DNA of 64,000 bases from an uncultured Lachnospiraceae bacterium (GCA_910588955.1 CAJURQ010000010.1:19347-83346), one strand, 5' to 3'. Positions 43,321-52,741 are shown, numbered from the stretch's first letter. Program-made: numbers and translations. The notes: a model not told the origin generated them from the sequence alone.

Positions 43321-43353
43321 GCGCGTATAAGCATCTTGAGTCTCTGCTTATAC
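43321..43353. repeat. Intergenic repeat family A, collapsed copy 3
   Basis: GCGCGTATAAGCA-TCTTGAGTCTC-TGCTTATAC. The two arms form a 9-bp hairpin that starts directly after the terminator T run. Confidence 0.55.
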
Positions 43354-43387
43354 ATTTAACAAAGGAGTCACAAGGAGGCAGGATTTC

Positions 43388-44470
43388 ATGGTATTCGGAA
43401 AAGAAAACGACTTGATTGGGCGCCTGTGGAAAAATAAACTGGCAAAGGGATGCCTTGTCTCCGCGCTGGTCTGGTTTTTCTTTCGTTATCTGTTTTCTCT
43501 GGCGGCGCCTTTTTTTCTTGCCTTTGCGCTGATTACCCTCCTGTACCCGCTGTTGGAACGGATACAGAAAAAAATTCCGATTAAGAAAAAGTTTCTCGCG
43601 GCTGGCATTGTGCTGCCGGTTCTTTTTCTTGTGTGTGCGGCGCTTTGGGCGGTTCTTGCATTTGGTATGGGGCAGCTTCAAGGTTTGCCCGCGTTTTGCG
43701 AAAAGGTGGAGCGTCAGGCGGAACTTTTTTTTCATCAGTGCTGTTGTCAGTTGGACGGTCGGTTCGGCTGGGAGGGGGCGCGGATTGAAAGCTATGTGAT
43801 TGAGCAGATGACAGTCATTATGGAAAATGTGCAGATTCAGGTTGTGCCTCAGCTGCTTTCTTCCTCTTACAGCTGCTTTAAGGGAATTTTGGGCACAGTG
43901 GGATTTCTGGCGATCACCTGTATCGCGGTTTTCCTGTTTGAGAAAGATTACACGAAAATGGTGGACTGGGTGAAAAAGGAGGAGAGTTTCCGGTTCTTGT
44001 GGAGGGTGCTGGAGGGGGTGTTGTCTTATCTGGTTACCTTTTTTAAGGCGCAGGGTGTGATTCTCTTGATTATCGCCGTGCTCTGCAGCGTCACCCTCAC
44101 TCTTGCCGGGGTGGAGGGAGGCGTTTTTCTGGGTTTATTGGCGGGATTCCTCGACATGCTGCCCTTTATAGGGACGGGCATTGTGCTTGTGCCGCTGGCG
44201 GTCTGGCAGCTGCTAAACGGCGCGTATGTGCGGATGGCGGTGTGTCTGGCGCTTTACGGCATCTGCGTGCTTACAAGAGAATTTCTGGAGCCAAGGCTGA
44301 TTGGCAATAAAATGGGGCTGTCCCCGGTCTGGATTTTGTTTTCGATTTACGCGGGTATGAAACTTTTCGGCGTGGGCGGCATTGTAAAGGGACCGCTGGC
44401 TCTTATTGTTATCTCCGAGATATTGAAGGAGAGACCACAAGAATTTGACGAACCCAATGATGTGTATTAA
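43388..44470 (+). CDS. AI-2E family transporter / YtvI-like sporulation membrane protein
   Basis: 360 aa, polytopic. Motif LDMLPFIGTGIVLVPLAVW. Confidence 0.75.
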   Translation: MVFGKENDLIGRLWKNKLAKGCLVSALVWFFFRYLFSLAAPFFLAFALITLLYPLLERIQKKIPIKKKFLAAGIVLPVLFLVCAALWAVLAFGMGQLQGLPAFCEKVERQAELFFHQCCCQLDGRFGWEGARIESYVIEQMTVIMENVQIQVVPQLLSSSYSCFKGILGTVGFLAITCIAVFLFEKDYTKMVDWVKKEESFRFLWRVLEGVLSYLVTFFKAQGVILLIIAVLCSVTLTLAGVEGGVFLGLLAGFLDMLPFIGTGIVLVPLAVWQLLNGAYVRMAVCLALYGICVLTREFLEPRLIGNKMGLSPVWILFSIYAGMKLFGVGGIVKGPLALIVISEILKERPQEFDEPNDVY

Positions 44471-44477
44471 CATAGAA

Positions 44478-44545
44478 GTCGCGAAGAAAAACAAAGCGCA
44501 AAGTGACTTCGTCACTTGAAAGCAGACATTTGTTTTTCTGCGACG
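44478..44545. repeat. Intergenic repeat family B, copy 2
   Basis: Arms GTCGCGAAGAAAAACAAA (44478-44495) and ATTTGTTTTTCTGCGAC (44528-44544). Inner hairpin AAGTGAC-TTC-GTCACTT (44501-44517). The 15-mer GACATTTGTTTTTCT at 44525-44539 is identical to 740-754. Confidence 0.6.
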
Positions 44546-44570
44546 ATAACGAGGACAGGAATAACAAATT

Positions 44571-46214
44571 ATGAGCAATAAAGTAAAAAAGGCACAGAAC
44601 AAGAAAAATGCCCAAAGTGCGTCCGGACAGGAAATTTTAAAGATAATTTTGGAATATATTGCGGCGGCAGCTATGATTGCTATGTGTTTGGCGGTCTCCT
44701 TCTATGCGGAAGACGGCTATAACCAGATTGGCAATGCGAAGTTTGCGGCGTACAGAGCGGTGGCGGCAGCCGGGTTTTCTGTTTTTCTGCTGGCAGGCGC
44801 GGCTTGGCTGTCTGTGCGGCTGTTTGGGAGAAAGAAGGGACAGGAACCGCTTGCGGCAGGCTTTTTCGATCGGTTAAAAGAGTGTGCGTCTGCTACGGAT
44901 TTCTGTGTGTTGGCATACCTGCTTTTTTCGACGGTATCGGTGGTTTCCGGCGGGTTTTATGAGGATGCGCTGTGGGGCAGCTTTGGCTGGAACATGGGAT
45001 GGATGTCGCAGCTCAGTTTTGTATTTATCTATCTGGCAGTATCCCGGTTTGGAGGGCATTACCGCGGGATTTTGACGGCTTTTTGCGGATCGGCTTTTGT
45101 GGTGTTTTTGATTGCCGTTCTGCACCGTATGATGATAGACCCTATCGGGTTTTATGAGGGTCTAAATGGCAGTCAGATGGCGCAGTTTCTCTCCACTATG
45201 GGGCAGGCGACATGGTATGCCAGCTACCTTGTGGTGGCGCTGCCGGTTGGCGTGGCAGTGTTTCTCTTTGCGGAAAAGCCGTCGTGGCGGATTCTGGGCG
45301 GTATCTATACGGCGGTGGGCTTTGCGTCTCTGGTGACGCAGAACAGCGACAGCGCCTACTTTGCACTGGCAGGGTTTATGCTGGTCTTCTTTTGGGTCTG
45401 CACGAAAAAGCGGGAGACGCTGAACCGTTTTGTAGAGGTGTGTACGCTCTTTTTCGCGTCGGGCAAGGTGATGCACTTTTTGATGCAGATTCATCCCAAC
45501 CCGGATTTGGAGTATGATTTTATAACGGCTCTGATTCTGGAAGGAACCGTTACGTGGGTTCTTCTGGGGCTTTGCCTGATTCTCTGTGTATTTCTGTATG
45601 TGAGGAGAAACAGACCTTATCAGGCGGTGCGGATGCAGTGGGTCGGTCGGTTGGCAGTGTTTGCGGCGGCAGCGGTTGTGGTAATCATGACAGGGCTTAT
45701 TGTCCTGCAGAGCAGGGGAGCCTTATCCGGCGGGCTTGCCGAAACCCTCAGCGCGGTGTCTTACTTTAACTGGAATGACGCGTGGGGGAACGGCAGGGGA
45801 CGAATATGGAGTTTTGCGGTGCGGGTGTTTGCCGGGGAGAGCGTGGTACATAAATTGTTTGGCGTGGGTCCGGACTGTTTCAGCAGTTATCTGGCAGCCG
45901 TCCACGGTGAGGAGATGCAGCTTCTCTGGGGGGATAAAATTCTCACCAACGCGCACAATGAATGGCTGACAGCGCTGATTAATGTGGGTATTTTCGGGGC
46001 GTTGTCCTACATAGGAATTTTTGTCACGGCTGTCAGAAGGTATCTGCGGGCGTGGCAGCAGGATTACCTGCTGGTGGGTGCGGCGGCTTCGGCGGTGTCA
46101 TATATGGCGTACAATTTTTTCTGCTACCAGCAGGTGTGCTGCACGCCGTTTGTGTTTTTGATGCTGGGGGTGGGGGAGTATTTGCTACGGCAGGCAAAGC
46201 GTGCGGACAAATAG
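44571..46214 (+). CDS. O-antigen ligase (Wzy_C) family membrane protein
   Basis: 547 aa, polytopic. Motif NAHNEWLTALINVGIFGAL. Confidence 0.75.
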   Translation: MSNKVKKAQNKKNAQSASGQEILKIILEYIAAAAMIAMCLAVSFYAEDGYNQIGNAKFAAYRAVAAAGFSVFLLAGAAWLSVRLFGRKKGQEPLAAGFFDRLKECASATDFCVLAYLLFSTVSVVSGGFYEDALWGSFGWNMGWMSQLSFVFIYLAVSRFGGHYRGILTAFCGSAFVVFLIAVLHRMMIDPIGFYEGLNGSQMAQFLSTMGQATWYASYLVVALPVGVAVFLFAEKPSWRILGGIYTAVGFASLVTQNSDSAYFALAGFMLVFFWVCTKKRETLNRFVEVCTLFFASGKVMHFLMQIHPNPDLEYDFITALILEGTVTWVLLGLCLILCVFLYVRRNRPYQAVRMQWVGRLAVFAAAAVVVIMTGLIVLQSRGALSGGLAETLSAVSYFNWNDAWGNGRGRIWSFAVRVFAGESVVHKLFGVGPDCFSSYLAAVHGEEMQLLWGDKILTNAHNEWLTALINVGIFGALSYIGIFVTAVRRYLRAWQQDYLLVGAAASAVSYMAYNFFCYQQVCCTPFVFLMLGVGEYLLRQAKRADK

Positions 46215-46224
46215 CGGCGTGTTC

Positions 46225-47724
46225 TTAGTTTGTATATTCTTTCGCATCTTTTATAAAGCTGACAACGATCAATATCATTACGATGCCTATCGGAAAGGCG
46301 GAAATAATACCTACCGACTGCAGGTTGCTCATAGAGCTTTCTGAAAAGATAAAAGCAATCGGAAGCAGAATCAAAAGGATACACCACATAAGCTGGATCA
46401 ATTTATGAGGCTGTTCGTTACTGTTTAATTTTCGATAGCTGTAACAGGAGGCAATCAGCGCTATCGAGTCGAAAGAGGTTGCGTAAAACGCCATCATCGT
46501 GACCAGCAATAAGACCAAAACCAGAGAGGACAAAGGCATGGAATGAATCATGGTCACGATCAGTCCATATATATTGCCCGTTTCCTGATATACTGCCAAA
46601 AATTCTGCTTTTCCGGAAACCTGCATTCCCATAGAATAATTGCCTAAAATAATAAAGCTTAAAACCGTTGATCCGACGCCAAACAGGTAGCCCCCGCAGA
46701 TCGTCTGGCGGACAGTCCTGCCTCTGGAAATATTGCCGATAAAAAACGGAGCTGCAACGCACCATACCATCCAGTACGCCCAATAATAGATGGTCCAATT
46801 CTGCGGAAAGGAGGTTGTCCTCTGCGGATCCGTAAAAGTGGAGAGCTCAAGGAAATTCTGTATCATTTTCCCGAGGCTGGACAGTCCTGTTTCAATGATA
46901 TACTTTGTCTCCCCGCAAAAAAGGAGTACATAGGCAAGCAGCGAAAAGAACAGTATGATGCACAGATTAGCCAGAACGCTGATTCCCTTAAAGCCGTGAA
47001 GCAGGGAATAGGTATAGATAATACAGGTAATGACTAAAATTACAATGGTTACTGCCCGCGTGTCCATATTAAGATGAAACAGATCGTTGATGACGTTTGC
47101 CATCAGCGGTGTCGCCACACTGAATGTCGTGGCAGTTCCGGCGATCAACGCAAAGACAGCCAGCAAGTCAATGATCCTTCCGGGAATACCGTCTGTATGC
47201 CGTCCAAGGGCAGGGCGGCAGGCTTCCGAATACTTTTGCCGGTCTCTCTGCCGCACGTGCAGCATGAATCCGAATGCCACTGCCAGCACCAGATAAAAGC
47301 TCCAAGGAATAAAACTCCAGTGAAACAAAGGAAATACACCCGCCCACTCCTGAATGCTTCCCAATTCTGCAATATGCGGGTCTGAGGCATACAAAATCCA
47401 TTCCGCGAAGGAATAAAACAAAATATCTGCAGCCAGTCCGCAGGTGAACATCATGGCACCCCATGAAAGGAAGCTGTATTTTGGTTTCTCGCCTTTTTTG
47501 CCGAGCACGATTTTCCCATACTTAGAACATGCCAGAAAAATAGAGAGTACAAAAATCCCCAAACCGATGATCAGATAGTATGATCCCAATGTATCGCCAA
47601 AAAAGAAGCGTATCCGCTCCAGGACTGCATTTGCCCGAATCGGAAACAGCATAAACAAAATGCATAACAGCAAAATGCTCCCGAAAGGCAGCAGCGTGAT
47701 CAGCCAATCAATCTTTTTTTTCAT
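46225..47724 (-). CDS. BCCT-family (betaine/carnitine/choline) transporter
   Basis: 499 aa. BCCT signature region WTIYYWAYWMVWCVAAPFFIGNISRGRTVRQ. Its ATG abuts the stop of the upstream gene. Confidence 0.85.
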   Translation of the reverse strand: MKKKIDWLITLLPFGSILLLCILFMLFPIRANAVLERIRFFFGDTLGSYYLIIGLGIFVLSIFLACSKYGKIVLGKKGEKPKYSFLSWGAMMFTCGLAADILFYSFAEWILYASDPHIAELGSIQEWAGVFPLFHWSFIPWSFYLVLAVAFGFMLHVRQRDRQKYSEACRPALGRHTDGIPGRIIDLLAVFALIAGTATTFSVATPLMANVINDLFHLNMDTRAVTIVILVITCIIYTYSLLHGFKGISVLANLCIILFFSLLAYVLLFCGETKYIIETGLSSLGKMIQNFLELSTFTDPQRTTSFPQNWTIYYWAYWMVWCVAAPFFIGNISRGRTVRQTICGGYLFGVGSTVLSFIILGNYSMGMQVSGKAEFLAVYQETGNIYGLIVTMIHSMPLSSLVLVLLLVTMMAFYATSFDSIALIASCYSYRKLNSNEQPHKLIQLMWCILLILLPIAFIFSESSMSNLQSVGIISAFPIGIVMILIVVSFIKDAKEYTN

Positions 47725-48447
47725 TTATTCCACCTCTTTCAAATATTTTTGATAATTGCAGTCTATAGCGGCAAGCTCTTCCAGATCGTCTATTTCGACA
47801 ATATCTCCGCGCTTCATTTCCGTGATTCCTAACTGAAATTCTTCCGGATGGCAAAAAAGAGCTACATCATCCCAATAAAGCTGTTTATTTCCATTCACAA
47901 CAAATTCTTGTTCCAAATACTTTTTTAGCTTTTTCCCGTCCTGCTTCGTCCATCGGGAGACGCTGTATAACTGCCAGCCTTCCCTTCCGCCGTTGCGGCT
48001 GCAGCCGCATACGATTCCGTTTCGGAGCGACAAGAGCCATTCCTTTGTCGGTTCGCTTGTCCAGATACAGTTATAACCTGATCTTTCAAATTCCCTGTGC
48101 AGAACAGCAGGTTCAAAAATCAACTGATCGCCGTCCAAAATCATAGCTTCTTCCAGATGTTCTCTTGCGGCATACAGGGATGAAATATTATTGCATGATT
48201 TGTAGTCCGGATTTTCAATCAGTGTTATTTCCGGGTATTCCTGTTCCAAGACCGCAAACTGCTCCTTCAGGTAGCCTACTACAATATAGATCTCCTGTAT
48301 TTTATTCTGCTGTAATGCCTTAATGACGGAATCGATCATACGGACTCCGTTCACCCGGACTAGGGGCTTGGGTGTGTGCAGTGTGACAGGGAGCATACGC
48401 CGCCCCTCGCCTGCCGCCATAATGACTGCCCGCTTTACTGTATTCAT
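47725..48447 (-). CDS. LicC-like nucleotidyltransferase (putative phosphocholine cytidylyltransferase)
   Basis: 240 aa. Loop AIMAAGEGRRMLPVTLHTPKPLV. An ATGA start/stop overlap with the upstream gene. Confidence 0.7.
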   Translation of the reverse strand: MNTVKRAVIMAAGEGRRMLPVTLHTPKPLVRVNGVRMIDSVIKALQQNKIQEIYIVVGYLKEQFAVLEQEYPEITLIENPDYKSCNNISSLYAAREHLEEAMILDGDQLIFEPAVLHREFERSGYNCIWTSEPTKEWLLSLRNGIVCGCSRNGGREGWQLYSVSRWTKQDGKKLKKYLEQEFVVNGNKQLYWDDVALFCHPEEFQLGITEMKRGDIVEIDDLEELAAIDCNYQKYLKEVE

Positions 48448-50210
48448 AATAAGTCGTCCTCCATTGCCTCACTGGCAATTCGGTAATATTCTTTTGCATA
48501 TCGATACTGTCGCAGGGAGTATTCTCCGAATTCCACGCCGAGGTTTCTTTTATATTCACACCAATTACTCCACAGAAGCCCACAAATTGCGACATAACAG
48601 TATATTTTTATTCTGACTGCCTTCGCGCATGCCTCCCGGAAGTAGGTATCAATCAGTCTGTCTATATGCGCTTTGTCATAAAAAGAGTAAATACTGAACA
48701 TTGCAAGGTCTACATGGGGATCTTGCATTCCGGCATATTCCCAGTCAATCAGAAAAACCTGTTCACTGCCGTCCGGCTCTCTTGTCAGTAAAAAATTATC
48801 CGGCACCGCGTCAATATGCGTCAGGCATTCTTCGGCATGACAGTTTTCAAGAAAGGGTTTTAGGGACAGGATATTTTTTTTGGTCTCTTCATAATCCCGA
48901 TAAACAGACTGTTCCCCATTCCAAAAGGATTCATAGAGATCTATTTTCTCAAATAAATCAAATCTGTGACTCACTTTCAGCTTCATTCCATGCAGTGCCC
49001 TCAGTTTATCCATACATTTTGCTACATCTTCCGGACAATAGGGATCACAGCATTTTGCTCCCGGAACAAATTCTGTGATTTTGTATCCGTTTACCGGATT
49101 CAAGTAGATAACACGGTCGCTAATCTCCTTTCCGCCCAGCGCCTGATAAACTTTGTATTCATGGCTGCGGTTAATGAGGCGGTCTGTGCCCTCTCCCGGA
49201 ACCCTCATGATGTATTTCCTGCCTTCACATTCAAACAAAAAAGATCTGTTTGTCATGCCTTTCTTTAAAACAGATATATTCTTTATTTTGTGGTAAGGCA
49301 CTTTCAATGCTTCCCCGATCAGCCGGATCGCCTCTGTCTTTAGTTGATTTGAATTACTGTCAAGCTCCCGAAGCTGCTCATAGGTATTGATTTCTATTGT
49401 TTCGCCATCTTTGACAATCTTTGCCCACACCGGTATGGACGGATATGTCAGGAGGGCTTCTTCCCAAAATACATGATTGTACCGCGCGTCATTGTCGAGA
49501 CGTATGAGATTTTCCTTAAAAATTTCGATCTGTTCTTCATCTATGTAACTGATGCCGATCATCTTGTTTCCTGATTCTCTGGTACCGATTTTGCTCAGCT
49601 GCATTTTTCGGGTTACCTTTATGCTGCTCTCCATCGTTTTTGCTTCGCTGACCATGTACCAAGTATAGGACTCGTGGCTGGAAAAAGGATTCTGCCTGCA
49701 CCAGATATCGCAGGGGATCACATAGCTGTTCCCCAGATAAGCTGCCGCCAATGCAAGGGAATGCAAATTATTTTTCTGTGAATATTCTTCATTTACGATC
49801 AGTTCCACACCATACTGATCGATCAGATATTCATATTTTTCTTTCAGAAAACCGACCACAATATATATTTTTGCTATATGCACTTCCTGCAGTTGCCGAA
49901 TCAGCCGCTCGATCAAGGTTTCCCCGTTAATTTCCAATAAGCCCTTTGGTGTCTCCATATTGATTGGCACCATGCGCATACCATATCCTGCAGCAAGGAT
50001 GACTGCGTTATGTGGATGCTTTTTCGACAGCAGATCCTTTGCCTTTTGGGTCAGGGCATACTCGGAGTTGAGATATCCCTCCTGCTGTAGATCCTTAGAG
50101 ATTCTGTTGACGGTACCCAATGAATATCCGGTCTGTGCTGCAAGATCTCTTTGCGTGCTGTATTTTTGGTGATGCAGTTTGTTCAGTATGTCAAACTCTA
50201 CTTTGTTCAT
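48444..50210 (-). CDS. three-domain protein: winged-helix HTH + NTP-transferase + choline/ethanolamine kinase
   Basis: Start placed at the Met of MNKVEFDILNKL (50210). HTH STQRDLAAQTGYSLGTVNR. Nucleotidyltransferase loop AVILAAGYGMRMVPINMETPKGLL. Kinase motifs THIDAVPDNFL and LIDWEYAG. Confidence 0.75.
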   Translation of the reverse strand: MNKVEFDILNKLHHQKYSTQRDLAAQTGYSLGTVNRISKDLQQEGYLNSEYALTQKAKDLLSKKHPHNAVILAAGYGMRMVPINMETPKGLLEINGETLIERLIRQLQEVHIAKIYIVVGFLKEKYEYLIDQYGVELIVNEEYSQKNNLHSLALAAAYLGNSYVIPCDIWCRQNPFSSHESYTWYMVSEAKTMESSIKVTRKMQLSKIGTRESGNKMIGISYIDEEQIEIFKENLIRLDNDARYNHVFWEEALLTYPSIPVWAKIVKDGETIEINTYEQLRELDSNSNQLKTEAIRLIGEALKVPYHKIKNISVLKKGMTNRSFLFECEGRKYIMRVPGEGTDRLINRSHEYKVYQALGGKEISDRVIYLNPVNGYKITEFVPGAKCCDPYCPEDVAKCMDKLRALHGMKLKVSHRFDLFEKIDLYESFWNGEQSVYRDYEETKKNILSLKPFLENCHAEECLTHIDAVPDNFLLTREPDGSEQVFLIDWEYAGMQDPHVDLAMFSIYSFYDKAHIDRLIDTYFREACAKAVRIKIYCYVAICGLLWSNWCEYKRNLGVEFGEYSLRQYRYAKEYYRIASEAMEDDLL

Positions 50211-50293
50211 GTACAATGCCTTTCTTGGTTTCGCGAACACATAGATTAAGAGTAAGGGATGAGCTGCCTCATCCCAATATACTCTATTATACT

Positions 50294-52357
50294 CTATCGT
50301 TTTGAATATTCAATCAGTTTTCGGATAATATATTTTGCACCGATTTCACCACTGGTTCCTACATGGTATAAATACTTTGCGCGGATCTTCTCCATTTCTT
50401 CTCGGGAAAACATTTTGTCATTTAACAAAGTTTCCGTCACAGAACTGATTTCACTCAGCTTGTCCGTATTAATGGAAATTCCGATTTTATTACGGATTTC
50501 TATATCAAACGGCACAATACCGATCTCTTCATAATCCGGATTCATTATTTTCATCGGTGTATTGATGAAAAGAGTCGGTTTTAAAGTGGTAAAGGAATAC
50601 TCATAAGCAATACTGGACCAGTCGGTTACCAAGATATCCGCCCGGAAAACTGTCTCGTTGGAGGAAAAATCCATCTGCAGTTCAAAGTCTTCCTTTTCGG
50701 CGTACTGCTCGGATAATGCAAGTAATTTATCCTCAAAATGCCGTACGTATTGCGGATGCGGTCTTACGATTACATGATATCCCCTGCCGAGAAGCTGCTT
50801 TAATATATCATGGATACAGAGATCTAATATATTCTCATCCTGCCATGAAGGCGCGATCAAAATCGTCGGCTTATCATTTTTATAGTTACTGTCGGTTTTG
50901 TGCGCTTCAATCATATTGTCGATCAGGCAGGAGCCAAATTCGACAATATTCTTCTCCTTTAAGCCGTAGCATTTTTCCTGCGCGCGTATCTCCGCCTTTC
51001 CGATTTCATTGGAAGCAAAAATTGTGTCGAAATAATCCAGTGCGTGTTTCCGGAGCATTAGATTGTCGCTTCCTATGCCATGATCCAGATAAACATATTC
51101 GATATCTTCCTTTACCAAAGAACGTTTGATATGGTATTTCTGTAAATCAGGCATTGTCATGACCACCATATCCGCTTCCAGCTTCATCATCAGAATAATC
51201 AGTTTATTTTCGTCAATATAGTAAACCCGGAAACGATCGTCGGACAGGGCGAATACTTCGTCTTTAGGATCGCTCGTAACATAGTGGATGGTAATGTCCG
51301 TTTTCCTCAGAATGGTTTCGATCACATTCTGATAATATTTGTAGAATCCATTTTTCTCGGAATAAAAGACCAGCTGCTTTTCCCCGTATTTCTGAAACCG
51401 TTTATAATCTTCCGATTCTTTTTTTGAATATTCATCATGTTTCTTTTTATTACCGGAAGCGCTGTATTTATGGATCTTTTCCAATTCCGCCTTACTTGCT
51501 GCCAGCGCTTCATAATCGATATAATGTTTGGGATTTATGAGGGCATTTAATAAAAACAGCGTCAAAATAGCAGCCAGGTTACTGAGTATCCAGTAAACCC
51601 CGACGCCCGCCGGCACAAAAAATCCCAGATACAGGGAGAGCCCTACGGAAATCAGAAGAGTGATGATTTGATTGCCTTTTCCCTGCTCTGCCTGCAGTAC
51701 ATTTACTTTATTCTGTGCAAAACACATAATCCATGAGGAGAATGCCGCTAACAGAGGGATCATAATGGTGATTCCCCACACTTGGGAAGGAACGGCGCCA
51801 AGATCGATTCCCAGAAAATGCATATCGATTCCCGCGACAAGCTGCAGTATCTCTTCCGGCACGGTCGCCCTGTATGCATCGAGATAAACGGGATTCTGCA
51901 TACTGTCAACGATTTGTACCTGAATCGAACCAATTTCCGGACTCACACCGGATATACTGCAGTAGATATCTTTCAAGACATCGATCCGCTCTTTTGAAAT
52001 ATGGAGTAAATGGCTGATAGGTCTGTAAATGACATCGACAACGCCCATAAGGATCACGAGCTGCAATATGACGGGCACCAAATCGAGCATGGGATGGTAC
52101 TTTTCCCTCTGATAGAGCTTGTACTGCTCTTCCGAGATCAAGTCCTTGCTTCCAAAATATTTTGCTTTGATCCGATTCATTTCCGGGTACATTTTCACCA
52201 TTTTGATAGAGTTCTTCTGTACCATAACGGAAATGGGCATCAAGATGATCTTAGTGATGACGGTAAAGACGACGATACTGATCCCGTAATTATGAAAGAT
52301 CCGGTAGCATCCATACATGATTTGACCAAACAGATTTCCAATTGCCTGTGTGATCAT
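50294..52357 (-). CDS. fusion of a YidC/Oxa1-like membrane domain with a TagB/TagF-type CDP-glycerol glycerophosphotransferase domain
   Basis: 687 aa. N-terminal ~270 aa: GISIVVFTVITKIILMPISVMVQKNSIKMVKMYPEMNRIKAKY, as in the 60KD_IMP family. C-terminal ~400 aa: ILIAPSWQ, RPHPQ and ILVTDWSSIAYEYSF, as in the Glyphos_transf family. Confidence 0.75.
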   Translation of the reverse strand: MITQAIGNLFGQIMYGCYRIFHNYGISIVVFTVITKIILMPISVMVQKNSIKMVKMYPEMNRIKAKYFGSKDLISEEQYKLYQREKYHPMLDLVPVILQLVILMGVVDVIYRPISHLLHISKERIDVLKDIYCSISGVSPEIGSIQVQIVDSMQNPVYLDAYRATVPEEILQLVAGIDMHFLGIDLGAVPSQVWGITIMIPLLAAFSSWIMCFAQNKVNVLQAEQGKGNQIITLLISVGLSLYLGFFVPAGVGVYWILSNLAAILTLFLLNALINPKHYIDYEALAASKAELEKIHKYSASGNKKKHDEYSKKESEDYKRFQKYGEKQLVFYSEKNGFYKYYQNVIETILRKTDITIHYVTSDPKDEVFALSDDRFRVYYIDENKLIILMMKLEADMVVMTMPDLQKYHIKRSLVKEDIEYVYLDHGIGSDNLMLRKHALDYFDTIFASNEIGKAEIRAQEKCYGLKEKNIVEFGSCLIDNMIEAHKTDSNYKNDKPTILIAPSWQDENILDLCIHDILKQLLGRGYHVIVRPHPQYVRHFEDKLLALSEQYAEKEDFELQMDFSSNETVFRADILVTDWSSIAYEYSFTTLKPTLFINTPMKIMNPDYEEIGIVPFDIEIRNKIGISINTDKLSEISSVTETLLNDKMFSREEMEKIRAKYLYHVGTSGEIGAKYIIRKLIEYSKR

Positions 52358-52633
52358 TTATTTGCCCTCTGCCTTCTCGTCGTTAAGGGTTAAATCTTCT
52401 TCCACGTGGATTTCCTTTTTCCCTTCGGTCTTGTTTTTCTTAAAAAATTGCGCAATCCGATGTCGGAATACGGTAAGGATCGCACCCAGCGCAATAAATA
52501 CTGCCGCTACTGCCTGAATGATATATGTCACTGCGGAAGGATCGATATAAGCATGTGCATACATCGTAAAATAAGAATAAAAGCATGTAAAAAAATATAG
52601 GAATGACAACAATCTTAATGTAACTTTTTTCAT
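52358..52633 (-). CDS. small two-helix membrane protein
   Basis: 91 aa from the Met of MKKVTLRLL, after GGATGGAG. Its stop abuts the ATG of the fusion gene. No family recognised. Confidence 0.45.
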   Translation of the reverse strand: MKKVTLRLLSFLYFFTCFYSYFTMYAHAYIDPSAVTYIIQAVAAVFIALGAILTVFRHRIAQFFKKNKTEGKKEIHVEEDLTLNDEKAEGK

Positions 52634-52741
52634 AACAGATTCTCCATCCATGATTTTATTTAATGTTACCGCATTAATCTTAAAGAGAAGTATATCACGG
52701 CAGGGCAGCGTTCGTAAAGACAAAAGATGAGGGTTATGCCG

